Source: Eledone cirrhosa
Lineage: Eukaryota
Assembly (NCBI GenBank): GCA_964016885.1
Contig: OZ024741.1
Coordinates: 204,662,001 to 204,726,000 of the forward strand
Direction: 5' to 3'
Length of the DNA: 64,000 nucleotides
Made by a program: the position numbers and the translations under genes. Shown here in pieces: positions 1 to 13,800 of the stretch. Below the pieces are notes generated by a model, which saw nothing but the letters and a program-made list of their open reading frames with translations, made no database searches and was not told the DNA's origin. Numbering within the stretch: the stretch's first letter is position 1; each line of letters starts with the position of its first letter.

Positions 1-1154
1 TGGATAATCCAGCCAACTCCAAAACTGAGGGTATGTTTACCCAAGCTAGGGCTCACTTAATGATCAGGTTTAGCTCAATGTGACTGGCAAAGTGACCAGC
101 ATTCATGCAGCAAGATAAACCATGGAGGTCTGTGGAGTTGAGGAGCTTACCACAGCAACATTTCAGACCTCCACAGACAAAAAAGACTACTTATATTAGC
201 CATAGGCAGGGCATCAAGCCTGTTCTCCAAGAATTTTGTGCTTGCAGAATGTAGGCGACACCTTGAAAATTGATCAGATTGATCTCGAATTTCAGGAACT
301 GAAAAACCCAGCTCTGTCCACTGTAGTAAAGCTTTATCGATTTCTCTGTTGGAATTAGTCCATGTTGGAAAGGAGAGGATGTCACATACTAAAGGGGAGC
401 ATGTGAATGGAGGAAAGAAAGCAAGGTAGAGTTAGGGATAAGCATTTATACTGACCAAGACCTCCAAACCATTTGAACAAGGTAGCCTGATCGTGGGACT
501 CTGGAGAAAGTCTGATATTGACCAAACATTCAAGTTCACTGAAGATTAAGTCATCAAAGCATTGGAGAAACAACAAAAATCGAATCATCATTAATACTCT
601 TGAAGGCTTTTTTGATAACTTTTGAGAACTTGTCTTCAAGAATAACTTAAATTTCTCAGTCATTAGATAGTAGAAACCTATAACCACGTAACTATGTTAC
701 TTTTGCAAATTATTTCATCAATCATTTACTAATTCTGAGGTTATAATATCTCTAAAAATATTATTGATGAGTGATGTTTGTAACTTGACAGAAAACTGTA
801 TTGTGATGCCATTATCAGAATTATCAAGAAATGGCAAATTGTATCTGCAAATAGAAGAATGCTGATGTAAAACCAATAATCAACTGAAACCATTTCAGCC
901 ACAAGTTTGTCTTTAAAATTGTTACTAAATCCATTGTTAATGTAAAATCAGTTATCATTTTTCATTTCATTCTGTTTGTCCATTATAATATTTTGAAATT
1001 ATTTTTTACTGATTTGCTTTTAAACATAAACTGCTCATCAAAATTCAGTACAGATATTTACATTTTAGCCAACTTTAAAATATAACACTTTACTAAAAAT
1101 GAATTTCATGAAATCAAATCAATAAAATTATTACACAGTAAACCTTTTTTGATG

Positions 1155-1188
<34 letters not shown>

Positions 1189-1249
1189 ATTTACTTTTAG
1201 ATAATTATTCTAATCATTTTTGTTTTCTTTCTCTTTATTCTCTATTCAG

Positions 1250-1333
1250 TCTTCAGAAAGTGCTGATATACTCAAACATCCTTCAGATTTGAAAGATGCT
1301 ATACTTTTTTCTTTTAAATCCAAATCTAAGAAG
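1250..1333 (+). CDS. VPS13: VPS13 (VPS13A/C-like) internal coding exon, SSESADILKHPSDLKDAILFSFKSKSKK
   Basis: Polypyrimidine tract and ttcag acceptor ending at 1249; AAG|GTAAGG donor; 84 nt, phase 0/0. The peptide resembles the VPS13C segment 'KHPADFRDIILFSFKKK' (recalled, not searched), which directly precedes the segment encoded at 55862. Confidence 0.8.
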
Positions 1334-1627
1334 GTAAGGTAGATTTCAAACCTATATAATTATTGTTAATTTTCAACTAATGAAATTCATATTTGACATA
1401 TTGTACTAATTGGCTAACAACATTTATTTCTTTACCTTAATACAAATGGTTATTGAACAAAACTTTTCAGTATTTTTCTAAAGAATTACAAATGAACTTA
1501 CAAGTCTTCTCTGAATAGACAAGTTTTTTGTAGTATATTTACATTTCATCATATAATTTCAATCTTTGCTGCAAATATTCAGTTTGATAAATAAAAAAGA
1601 AGGAATAATTAACAATTATTTTCTCAA

Positions 1628-1628
<1 letters not shown>

Positions 1629-1677
<49 letters not shown>
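1629..1677. repeat. (AT)n microsatellite
   Basis: Read directly. Confidence 0.95.
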
Positions 1678-1680
<3 letters not shown>

Positions 1681-3719
1681 TAGTGGTTGATATTTTTTTC
1701 AGTGTAAATCCTTTGTTTTTATTTAGTAGACTTGCAAGTAATTTGTTCACAAAATCTGTACTAATTTAGTTTTCTATACAAATAAGTTGGCATGTAATCA
1801 TTCTCTAGATGTTGCTCTTATAGCTGTCAGTCAAGAATTTTCTATGATATCTGTTTTACATTGCCTAGATGTATTTATTCTGTAGTTTCATTCATCACCA
1901 CCAATCAAATTTGAAATATGCAGTTTTCAAGAAATCTTTAAAGTTAAATTCTAAAAATGTTCTCTTTTTTTCAATGGAAAGAAAAAAGAAAACAAATTCT
2001 TGGCTATAGTTCTATGGAGTACTGTGTTTAGCATATAATAATTTAGTTTTATAGTCTATTTGTTTGTGTGGGTTTTCTTGGTATAGAAAACGTTTTAGTC
2101 AAAAGCTTGAACAGTTTCTCTGGTGTCAGTTTTATTTCCCCTTTTGTGAGTCCCATTTATTTAATAATTCAAAGACGTGGGTAGATTTGCTTCAGTATGG
2201 AAAGAAAACATGGAATCTTATTCCATTTTGTGTCAAATGAGAACAAAAACAATTACTGACCAAGAAAATTAAGCTTTTGATCTTCCTTTCAGGTTGGCTG
2301 ATATGTAATGAGTTAATCAAGTCTGAATTCCTTTTTCTGTAACTTATTGTTCAAGTTGTCATTGATGTAATAACTTGACATCATTTTTTTTTCTTTCTGT
2401 TATTTCCCTTTATTTCTAAATCACCCTTACTGTGTACCTAGATACACAAGGAAAAAGAAGGAAAAGGTTGGGATAAAGGGGACGAGAAAGAGAAAAAAGA
2501 GAAGGACAAAAAAACTCCCAAAGTGAAGGAGTGGCGTCAACATGGTAAAGTAAGTGAGAGTTTGATGATGTTGTTCATGGACTGCAGACCCCTTTGGTTG
2601 ATACGGCAACTGAGTATTGTTAAATTGATCGCTAACTCACAATTTGTTTCATTCTGTTCTACTGATCACTGCCAATTCTGATGTCAGCAGTATAGTGCTT
2701 GGTTGGTTAAACTCTAAGCAATGAGGTGTATCATTGAGATTTTATGAGGGCTCTAAACAAACATTGCCTGAAAGTAGATAACTAAGTCTGAGAAGCCACT
2801 ATCCAAATACAATTTGTATGTTCTGGAACATGTTGGTGAAAATATTTCACCTAAGCAATGACCTTGTATCCTAGTTTTTAATACACTTAGATACTGATAT
2901 TGAAGATATCGGAACTGTAAATGATTGAAGTCTAGAAGGATTGCTGAATGACTTGCAGATTTTTTAATTCTTCATCTAAATATGTATTGATATAAACTTC
3001 ATTTGATTGGAATCTATAAATACAGCTACCCTGATAGTAAGAAGGGTTGCTCCATAACATGGAGAGATATATTTATGTCTTCCAAAGGAAACAGGTGTTT
3101 ACAAATATCAGCAGTGTCGGGAGAGCAGCAGATAATTATGACCCTTTACATTCTGAGTTCAAATTCCACCGAAGTTAGCTTTGCTTTTCATCCTTATGGG
3201 GTCGATAAAATAAAGTACCAGTCTTGCACTGGGGTTGATTTAATCAACTTCCCCCTCCGCCTTCAAATTGCTGGCCTTGTGCCTAAAGTAGAAACAATTA
3301 TTATAGTGGTGAATTCTATTAAACTTGAATAGCAAAAACTAAATTCCTTCCACTTCCTTTAAATATCATTTTAATGATCATGATCATCACCATTTAAGAT
3401 CTATTTTCTGTGCTTGCATGGGTAAGATGCGTTGTCATGAACTGAGGCTATACTGGTCAGGTGACCATGTCTTGCTCATACATTCCATTTTGGGCTTGGT
3501 TTCTATGGCTGGATGTCTTTCCTAATGCCAACTACTTTACAGCATGTACTGGGAGCATTTTATCATGATTCCAACATTATCACCTCAAGGGCTGCTTTTT
3601 ATCATGGCTGAAGTACTAGCATCTTACAGTGCAAACTGAGTGCTTTAGATTGTGGGACCAGCGCTACCACTGAAATTTCTTTAACTGGAAGGGCTTTCTA
3701 TACTCAGCCAGGTAAATGG

Positions 3720-4068
3720 GGATGTCATAGTGATTAATGATTAACAAGATATGTTCCTTACCAAGAAAAAATAGTCTAATTTCTTCACATTTCCTAAACT
3801 TATTTAGATAACTTTGGGCCAGTGTTGGTTCAGGCCATAGCAACACCTGGCGAAGTCTTTCAGATTATCTGTTCACAACCTAGTCATGTTTTGGACACCA
3901 TGGCCCACTCTAATAAAGAGATGTTATTTTTAGAGACACATCCAAGTGTAGGGAGTTTTCCTGGGATTTCTTGGAGGAATTTGTGCAGGAAACTTTTAAA
4001 TACTATGGAATCTGTTTCTGTCTTGATGTATTTTGGTATGATATTGAAGAGAGTGGCGGGCATTAAAA
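3720..4068 (-). mobile_element. 3' remnant of a CR1/L2-group LINE
   Basis: Minus strand translates ATLFNIIPKYIK...FKSFLHKFLQEIP...NNISLLEW, the typical C-terminus of CR1-group ORF2. The left boundary is approximate. Confidence 0.55.
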
Positions 4069-4090
4069 TACATATATATATATATTGCCA

Positions 4091-6261
4091 TCACTGATGC
4101 TGATAAGAAGGTAGCTTGGAAGTGTCACTACGAAAGGCTACTAAATGAGGAGAATAAATGGGAGAAAGACAGTCTCCCCCACATCGATCCAATAGAGGGA
4201 CCAGCAGTGCTAGTTGAAGGTAGTATAATAAGTAAGGCAATCAAAGATATGAAGACGGGTAAGGCGGCTGGGCCTTCGGAAATAGTTGCTGAAATGCTGA
4301 AAGCTTCTGGAACAGCGGGACACACTATGGTCACCCGGATAGTAAACCAAGTCATACAGAATGGGGCTGTTCCGAAGGACTGGCATAGCAGCAGCATCAT
4401 TAACTGCTACAAGGGTAAAGGAGATGTTCTAGATAGGGGAAACTATAGAGGCATTAAATTAATCGACCAGGTCATGAAGGTCACAGAAAAAGTAATAGCG
4501 CAACTAATCAGAGAGCGAATTGATCTAGATGAAATGCAGTTTGGGTTTGTGTCAGGTAAAAGTACCACAGACGCTCTTTTCCTTGTACGACAACTACAGG
4601 AGAAGTACCTAGCTAAAAGTAAACCCCTATACTTAGCTTTTGTTGACTTGGCAAAAGCCTTTGACAGAGTCCCCTGCTCCATTATCTGGTGGGCTCTTAG
4701 AAAACTAGGTGTTGATGAATGGCTTGTGAGAGCTATACAAGCCATGTATAAAGAAACAGTCAGCAAGGTTAGAATTAACAACGAATATAGTGAAGAGTTT
4801 AGCGTAAAAGTTGGTGTTCATCAGGGCTCCATTCTTAGCCCCCTACTATTTATTATTGCCCTTCAGGCTATAACAGGAGTTCAAGACTGGCTCCCATGGG
4901 AACTCCTATACGCAGATGATCTAACTCTCATAGCTGAATCAATGGCTGAAATAGAGAAGAAATTCCAAACATGGAAGCATGGCCTAGAATCAAAAGGCCT
5001 TAAAGTTAACTTGTCTAAGACTAAAGTTCTAGTTTGTAGGAAGGAAAATGGGGCACCGGTCCCATCTGGGAAATGGCCATGCTCAGTGTGTAGGAAAGGA
5101 GTAGGCAGAAACTCCATTTTATGTCCCGAATGCAAAGTATGAGTGCATAAAAGATGTAGTGGGATCACAGGTAAGCTAACTAAGAATATAGATTTTATAT
5201 GTGGCTGGTGCTCTGGTGCAATAAGTAGCAGCAAGTGCCCACAGAATACTAGCTCATTCCATTGCACAGATGGTTCTATAGAAATAGTGGACACCTTCCG
5301 TTACCTGGGTGACAAAATCAGCAGTGGGGGAGGGTGCTCTGAAAGTACAGTAGCTAGAGTCAGAACGGGATGGAAAAAGTTCAGAGAGCTTATACCAATA
5401 TTGGCTGCTAAAGGGTTCTCTCTAAAAATGAAAGGCAGGCTGTATGATGCCTGCATACGAACAGCAATGTTACATGGCAGTGAGACCTGGGCATTGTGTG
5501 CAGAGGATATACGCAGACTAAAGAGGAATGAAGCTTGCATGCTCCGCTGGATGTGTAATAGTAATATACGTGAACGGCAAAGCATAAATGAACTAAGGGA
5601 GAAATTAGGAATAAGAGGGATCAGATGTTGTTTACTCGAGAGAAGACTACGTTAGTACGGTCACATGATGCGCATGAAAGACGACAGTTGTATAAAAAAG
5701 TGCAGGGCAATAAAAATAGGCGGTAGCCACGGAGTCGGCAGACCCAGAAAAACCTGGGACGACTTGATAAATTCCGACCTCACACACTTACACCTCTCCA
5801 AGACAATGTCACTGGACCGAGATCTTTGGCGCTACACAGTAATACAGAAGACCTGCCTTGCCTAAGTACAAAGCGAAACCTACAGTCAGTAGGCACCTCT
5901 AACAAAAATACACCCCTGTCCCACTACCCCCACCTCATCCACACCCCCCCCCCCCCCCTTCAATGTGAAGTTATGTTGGTACCACAACATCCAGTCCGAA
6001 ACAAATGAGGTTGTGTAGGTGTCACGACAAAAAAAACACACAGTCCACACTGTAATGTGGCCGTGTAGGTAACACGATAAAAACCTCCCAGTCCACACTG
6101 TAAACGTGGTTGGTGTTAGGAAGGGCATCCAGCCATAGCAAACCCGCCAGACAGTCCTATACGAGCAGGACAACCAATCTTACCTCAAGTGGGAAAACTC
6201 CCGTCCAAATCCATGCAAGCGTGGAAGATGGACGTTAAACGATGATGATGATGATGATGAT
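4091..6261 (+). mobile_element. 5'-truncated RTE-clade LINE: RT, Cys-rich PHD-like insert, C-terminal domain, 3' UTR and (GAT)n tail; inactivated
   Basis: ORFs 4207-5142, 5143-5655 and 5665-5865 are one frame broken by stops. RT motifs NYRGI, QFGF, AFVDL.KAFD, GVHQGS.LSP and LYADD; CSVC..C..C..HKRC motif; (GAT)n tail at 6241-6261. Confidence 0.93.
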
Positions 6262-6740
6262 TTATAATATATACTATAATCAAGTTTAGTCTATACATAT
6301 AAAATATATATCAATTATGTTTCTCAACAAAAAAGCTCAGGGCATCAATTATACAAATTTAAACAATATATAGATTTTTTTTTTATCAAGTTTTTTGGTC
6401 TTTTCTACATATATCTCACTCTGCACGAAAATACTTCTTACCAAAAAAAATTACTGAAGATTACAATTCCCTGGTCTTAAGGATGTTTATTACCAAAGTC
6501 GATAATTGGTGATTGATACCAATCATTAAAATCGATTGTATGCATCTTTTTCGGGGATTTTATGGAATAGCCATATGTTTGCTTTAGGCAATTTTGGTTT
6601 AATTCTATCTTTAAGTGAGTATATTTATTATTTGTTTCTATATATATGTACAAAATGGTAATAGTTTCTCAACTTGATAAGTGAAATAAAAAATTTTTTT
6701 ATATATCATTTAAATTTGTATATATATATATAAAATACAA

Positions 6741-7053
6741 GTGAAGGCATATGGCTTAAGTTGTTAGTGTTGGGCTTACAATCGTTAGGTTGTGAGTTTG
6801 ATTCCATGATCAAGTGATGCGTTATGTCCTTGAGAAAGACACTTTATTTCACTTGTTCCAGTTCACTCAGCTGTAGAAATGAGTTGCAATGTCACTGGTA
6901 CCAAACTGTATCGGCCTTTGCCTTTCCCTTAGACAACATCTGTGGCATGGAGAGGGGAGACGGGTGTGCATGGGGGGCTGCTGGTCTCCCACAAACAACC
7001 TTGCCAGGAATTGTGCCTCAGAAGGGAAACATTGTGACCAATTTATCCTTTCA
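6741..7053 (+). mobile_element. tRNA-derived SINE with CORE-like central domain (family copies at 41469-41589 and 61329-61650)
   Basis: Degenerate A and B boxes followed by tgtccttgagaaagacactttatttcac, shared by the three copies. Confidence 0.8.
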
Positions 7054-7072
7054 TATAATATATATATATATA

Positions 7073-7183
7073 GGAACGAGTAGGACCCCGACGGCTGAGC
7101 TCAAGCCGTTTCGACGGCTAATTCTAATCCAGAATTAGCCGTCGAAAAGGATTGAGCTCAGCCGTCGGGGTCCTACTCGTTCC
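7073..7183. mobile_element. 111-bp palindromic (fold-back) MITE inserted in (TA)n
   Basis: 53-bp arms with 2 mismatches around a 5-nt loop (aatcc). The motif cgacggct occurs twice per arm. TA repeats flank both sides. Confidence 0.75.
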
Positions 7184-7850
<667 letters not shown>

Positions 7851-7852
<2 letters not shown>

Positions 7853-10800
7853 TAAGTTAAAGATGTACATCCATATATGTATACTGAAATACTAGTATGT
7901 ATATGAATACACACACGTATACATATGTAGATGTACCAAGTTTTTTCACTGGTCACTTTACTGTGAGTGGCCAGCTATTCTGTATGTAAACACACAGACA
8001 AACCGGTTTTTAGAGTCATACTGGTTTTTGAGGAAACACCTTTCCTCCATTCTCCAGAAAGCCAGACAAGGAATATTGAACTAGTTTCGTTGTTGTTACA
8101 ACTCATCAGCAATATTTACCTATCTTCCGGCCTCTCTAGAGAATCGTAAAAGCACATATCGTTATATGCTTTTTCTATGAAAATTAGTAGTGGGCAGACT
8201 AATTTGCATAGAGTGTGAGTAAGTACCGGTTCAACGGAGACGATAAAAACAAATAACGAAACGAAATTAAATTTCGTTTCGTTTGTAACTCACTTTTGTA
8301 TGACTGACGCCTAAACAATTAAGTTAAAGATGTACATCCATATATGTATACTGAAATACTAGTATGTATATGAATACACACACGTATACATATGTAGATG
8401 TACCAAGTTTTTTCACTGGTCACTTTACTGTGAGTGGCCAGCTATTCTGTATGTAAACACACAGACAAACCGGTTTTTAGAGTCATACTGGTTTTTGAGG
8501 AAACACCTTTCCTCCATTCTCCAGAAAGCCAGACAAGGAATATTGAACTAGTTTCGTTGTTGTTACAACTCATCAGCAATATTTACCTATCTTCCGGCCT
8601 CTCTAGAGAATCGTAAAAGCACATATCGTTATATGCTTTTTCTATGAAAATTAGTAGTGGGCAGACTAATTTGCATAGAGTGTGAGTAAGTACCGGTTCA
8701 ACGGAGACGATAAAAACAAATAACGAAACGAAATTAAATTTCGTTTCGTTTGTAACTCACTTTTGTATGACTGACGCCTAAACAATTAAGTTAAAGATGT
8801 ACATCCATATATGTATACTGAAATACTAGTATGTATATGAATACACACACGTATACATATGTAGATGTACCAAGTTTTTTCACTGGTCACTTTACTGTGA
8901 GTGGCCAGCTATTCTGTATGTAAACACACAGACAAACCGGTTTTTAGAGTCATACTGGTTTTTGAGGAAACACCTTTCCTCCATTCTCCAGAAAGCCAGA
9001 CAAGGAATATTGAACTAGTTTCGTTGTTGTTACAACTCATCAGCAATATTTACCTATCTTCCGGCCTCTCTAGAGAATCGTAAAAGCACATATCGTTATA
9101 TGCTTTTTCTATGAAAATTAGTAGTGGGCAGACTAATTTGCATAGAGTGTGAGTAAGTACCGGTTCAACGGAGACGATAAAAACAAATAACGAAACGAAA
9201 TTAAATTTCGTTTCGTTTGTAACTCACTTTTGTATGACTGACGCCTAAACAATTAAGTTAAAGATGTACATCCATATATGTATACTGAAATACTAGTATG
9301 TATATGAATACACACACGTATACATATGTAGATGTACCAAGTTTTTTCACTGGTCACTTTACTGTGAGTGGCCAGCTATTCTGTATGTAAACACACAGAC
9401 AAACCGGTTTTTAGAGTCATACTGGTTTTTGAGGAAACACCTTTCCTCCATTCTCCAGAAAGCCAGACAAGGAATATTGAACTAGTTTCGTTGTTGTTAC
9501 AACTCATCAGCAATATTTACCTATCTTCCGGCCTCTCTAGAGAATCGTAAAAGCACATATCGTTATATGCTTTTTCTATGAAAATTAGTAGTGGGCAGAC
9601 TAATTTGCATAGAGTGTGAGTAAGTACCGGTTCAACGGAGACGATAAAAACAAATAACGAAACGAAATTAAATTTCGTTTCGTTTGTAACTCACTTTTGT
9701 ATGACTGACGCCTAAACAATTAAGTTAAAGATGTACATCCATATATGTATACTGAAATACTAGTATGTATATGAATACACACACGTATACATATGTAGAT
9801 GTACCAAGTTTTTTCACTGGTCACTTTACTGTGAGTGGCCAGCTATTCTGTATGTAAACACACAGACAAACCGGTTTTTAGAGTCATACTGGTTTTTGAG
9901 GAAACACCTTTCCTCCATTCTCCAGAAAGCCAGACAAGGAATATTGAACTAGTTTCGTTGTTGTTACAACTCATCAGCAATATTTACCTATCTTCCGGCC
10001 TCTCTAGAGAATCGTAAAAGCACATATCGTTATATGCTTTTTCTATGAAAATTAGTAGTGGGCAGACTAATTTGCATAGAGTGTGAGTAAGTACCGGTTC
10101 AACGGAGACGATAAAAACAAATAACGAAACGAAATTAAATTTCGTTTCGTTTGTAACTCACTTTTGTATGACTGACGCCTAAACAATTAAGTTAAAGATG
10201 TACATCCATATATGTATACTGAAATACTAGTATGTATATGAATACACACACGTATACATATGTAGATGTACCAAGTTTTTTCACTGGTCACTTTACTGTG
10301 AGTGGCCAGCTATTCTGTATGTAAACACACAGACAAACCGGTTTTTAGAGTCATACTGGTTTTTGAGGAAACACCTTTCCTCCATTCTCCAGAAAGCCAG
10401 ACAAGGAATATTGAACTAGTTTCGTTGTTGTTACAACTCATCAGCAATATTTACCTATCTTCCGGCCTCTCTAGAGAATCGTAAAAGCACATATCGTTAT
10501 ATGCTTTTTCTATGAAAATTAGTAGTGGGCAGACTAATTTGCATAGAGTGTGAGTAAGTACCGGTTCAACGGAGACGATAAAAACAAATAACGAAACGAA
10601 ATTAAATTTCGTTTCGTTTGTAACTCACTTTTGTATGACTGACGCCTAAACAATTAAGTTAAAGATGTACATCCATATATGTATACTGAAATACTAGTAT
10701 GTATATGAATACACACACGTATACATATGTAGATGTACCAAGTTTTTTCACTGGTCACTTTACTGTGAGTGGCCAGCTATTCTGTATGTAAACACACAGA

Positions 10801-13800
10801 CAAACCGGTTTTTAGAGTCATACTGGTTTTTGAGGAAACACCTTTCCTCCATTCTCCAGAAAGCCAGACAAGGAATATTGAACTAGTTTCGTTGTTGTTA
10901 CAACTCATCAGCAATATTTACCTATCTTCCGGCCTCTCTAGAGAATCGTAAAAGCACATATCGTTATATGCTTTTTCTATGAAAATTAGTAGTGGGCAGA
11001 CTAATTTGCATAGAGTGTGAGTAAGTACCGGTTCAACGGAGACGATAAAAACAAATAACGAAACGAAATTAAATTTCGTTTCGTTTGTAACTCACTTTTG
11101 TATGACTGACGCCTAAACAATTAAGTTAAAGATGTACATCCATATATGTATACTGAAATACTAGTATGTATATGAATACACACACGTATACATATGTAGA
11201 TGTACCAAGTTTTTTCACTGGTCACTTTACTGTGAGTGGCCAGCTATTCTGTATGTAAACACACAGACAAACCGGTTTTTAGAGTCATACTGGTTTTTGA
11301 GGAAACACCTTTCCTCCATTCTCCAGAAAGCCAGACAAGGAATATTGAACTAGTTTCGTTGTTGTTACAACTCATCAGCAATATTTACCTATCTTCCGGC
11401 CTCTCTAGAGAATCGTAAAAGCACATATCGTTATATGCTTTTTCTATGAAAATTAGTAGTGGGCAGACTAATTTGCATAGAGTGTGAGTAAGTACCGGTT
11501 CAACGGAGACGATAAAAACAAATAACGAAACGAAATTAAATTTCGTTTCGTTTGTAACTCACTTTTGTATGACTGACGCCTAAACAATTAAGTTAAAGAT
11601 GTACATCCATATATGTATACTGAAATACTAGTATGTATATGAATACACACACGTATACATATGTAGATGTACCAAGTTTTTTCACTGGTCACTTTACTGT
11701 GAGTGGCCAGCTATTCTGTATGTAAACACACAGACAAACCGGTTTTTAGAGTCATACTGGTTTTTGAGGAAACACCTTTCCTCCATTCTCCAGAAAGCCA
11801 GACAAGGAATATTGAACTAGTTTCGTTGTTGTTACAACTCATCAGCAATATTTACCTATCTTCCGGCCTCTCTAGAGAATCGTAAAAGCACATATCGTTA
11901 TATGCTTTTTCTATGAAAATTAGTAGTGGGCAGACTAATTTGCATAGAGTGTGAGTAAGTACCGGTTCAACGGAGACGATAAAAACAAATAACGAAACGA
12001 AATTAAATTTCGTTTCGTTTGTAACTCACTTTTGTATGACTGACGCCTAAACAATTAAGTTAAAGATGTACATCCATATATGTATACTGAAATACTAGTA
12101 TGTATATGAATACACACACGTATACATATGTAGATGTACCAAGTTTTTTCACTGGTCACTTTACTGTGAGTGGCCAGCTATTCTGTATGTAAACACACAG
12201 ACAAACCGGTTTTTAGAGTCATACTGGTTTTTGAGGAAACACCTTTCCTCCATTCTCCAGAAAGCCAGACAAGGAATATTGAACTAGTTTCGTTGTTGTT
12301 ACAACTCATCAGCAATATTTACCTATCTTCCGGCCTCTCTAGAGAATCGTAAAAGCACATATCGTTATATGCTTTTTCTATGAAAATTAGTAGTGGGCAG
12401 ACTAATTTGCATAGAGTGTGAGTAAGTACCGGTTCAACGGAGACGATAAAAACAAATAACGAAACGAAATTAAATTTCGTTTCGTTTGTAACTCACTTTT
12501 GTATGACTGACGCCTAAACAATTAAGTTAAAGATGTACATCCATATATGTATACTGAAATACTAGTATGTATATGAATACACACACGTATACATATGTAG
12601 ATGTACCAAGTTTTTTCACTGGTCACTTTACTGTGAGTGGCCAGCTATTCTGTATGTAAACACACAGACAAACCGGTTTTTAGAGTCATACTGGTTTTTG
12701 AGGAAACACCTTTCCTCCATTCTCCAGAAAGCCAGACAAGGAATATTGAACTAGTTTCGTTGTTGTTACAACTCATCAGCAATATTTACCTATCTTCCGG
12801 CCTCTCTAGAGAATCGTAAAAGCACATATCGTTATATGCTTTTTCTATGAAAATTAGTAGTGGGCAGACTAATTTGCATAGAGTGTGAGTAAGTACCGGT
12901 TCAACGGAGACGATAAAAACAAATAACGAAACGAAATTAAATTTCGTTTCGTTTGTAACTCACTTTTGTATGACTGACGCCTAAACAATTAAGTTAAAGA
13001 TGTACATCCATATATGTATACTGAAATACTAGTATGTATATGAATACACACACGTATACATATGTAGATGTACCAAGTTTTTTCACTGGTCACTTTACTG
13101 TGAGTGGCCAGCTATTCTGTATGTAAACACACAGACAAACCGGTTTTTAGAGTCATACTGGTTTTTGAGGAAACACCTTTCCTCCATTCTCCAGAAAGCC
13201 AGACAAGGAATATTGAACTAGTTTCGTTGTTGTTACAACTCATCAGCAATATTTACCTATCTTCCGGCCTCTCTAGAGAATCGTAAAAGCACATATCGTT
13301 ATATGCTTTTTCTATGAAAATTAGTAGTGGGCAGACTAATTTGCATAGAGTGTGAGTAAGTACCGGTTCAACGGAGACGATAAAAACAAATAACGAAACG
13401 AAATTAAATTTCGTTTCGTTTGTAACTCACTTTTGTATGACTGACGCCTAAACAATTAAGTTAAAGATGTACATCCATATATGTATACTGAAATACTAGT
13501 ATGTATATGAATACACACACGTATACATATGTAGATGTACCAAGTTTTTTCACTGGTCACTTTACTGTGAGTGGCCAGCTATTCTGTATGTAAACACACA
13601 GACAAACCGGTTTTTAGAGTCATACTGGTTTTTGAGGAAACACCTTTCCTCCATTCTCCAGAAAGCCAGACAAGGAATATTGAACTAGTTTCGTTGTTGT
13701 TACAACTCATCAGCAATATTTACCTATCTTCCGGCCTCTCTAGAGAATCGTAAAAGCACATATCGTTATATGCTTTTTCTATGAAAATTAGTAGTGGGCA

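Noticed and set aside
1-690. Short minus-strand ORFs 191-385 and 382-687
   Set aside because: No recognisable motifs or splice-consistent link to VPS13. Probably decayed repeat sequence that I cannot classify.
8202-8209. Octamer ATTTGCAT in every unit as an snRNA-type enhancer
   Set aside because: A single 8-mer in AT-rich DNA with no recognisable PSE or snRNA. The same word occurs by chance near 55144.
7851-8317. Second hammerhead on the plus strand (ambisense, viroid-like)
   Set aside because: The plus-strand CTGA sites (ctgaaat, ctgacgc) do not give CUGANGA followed by stem II and GAAA.
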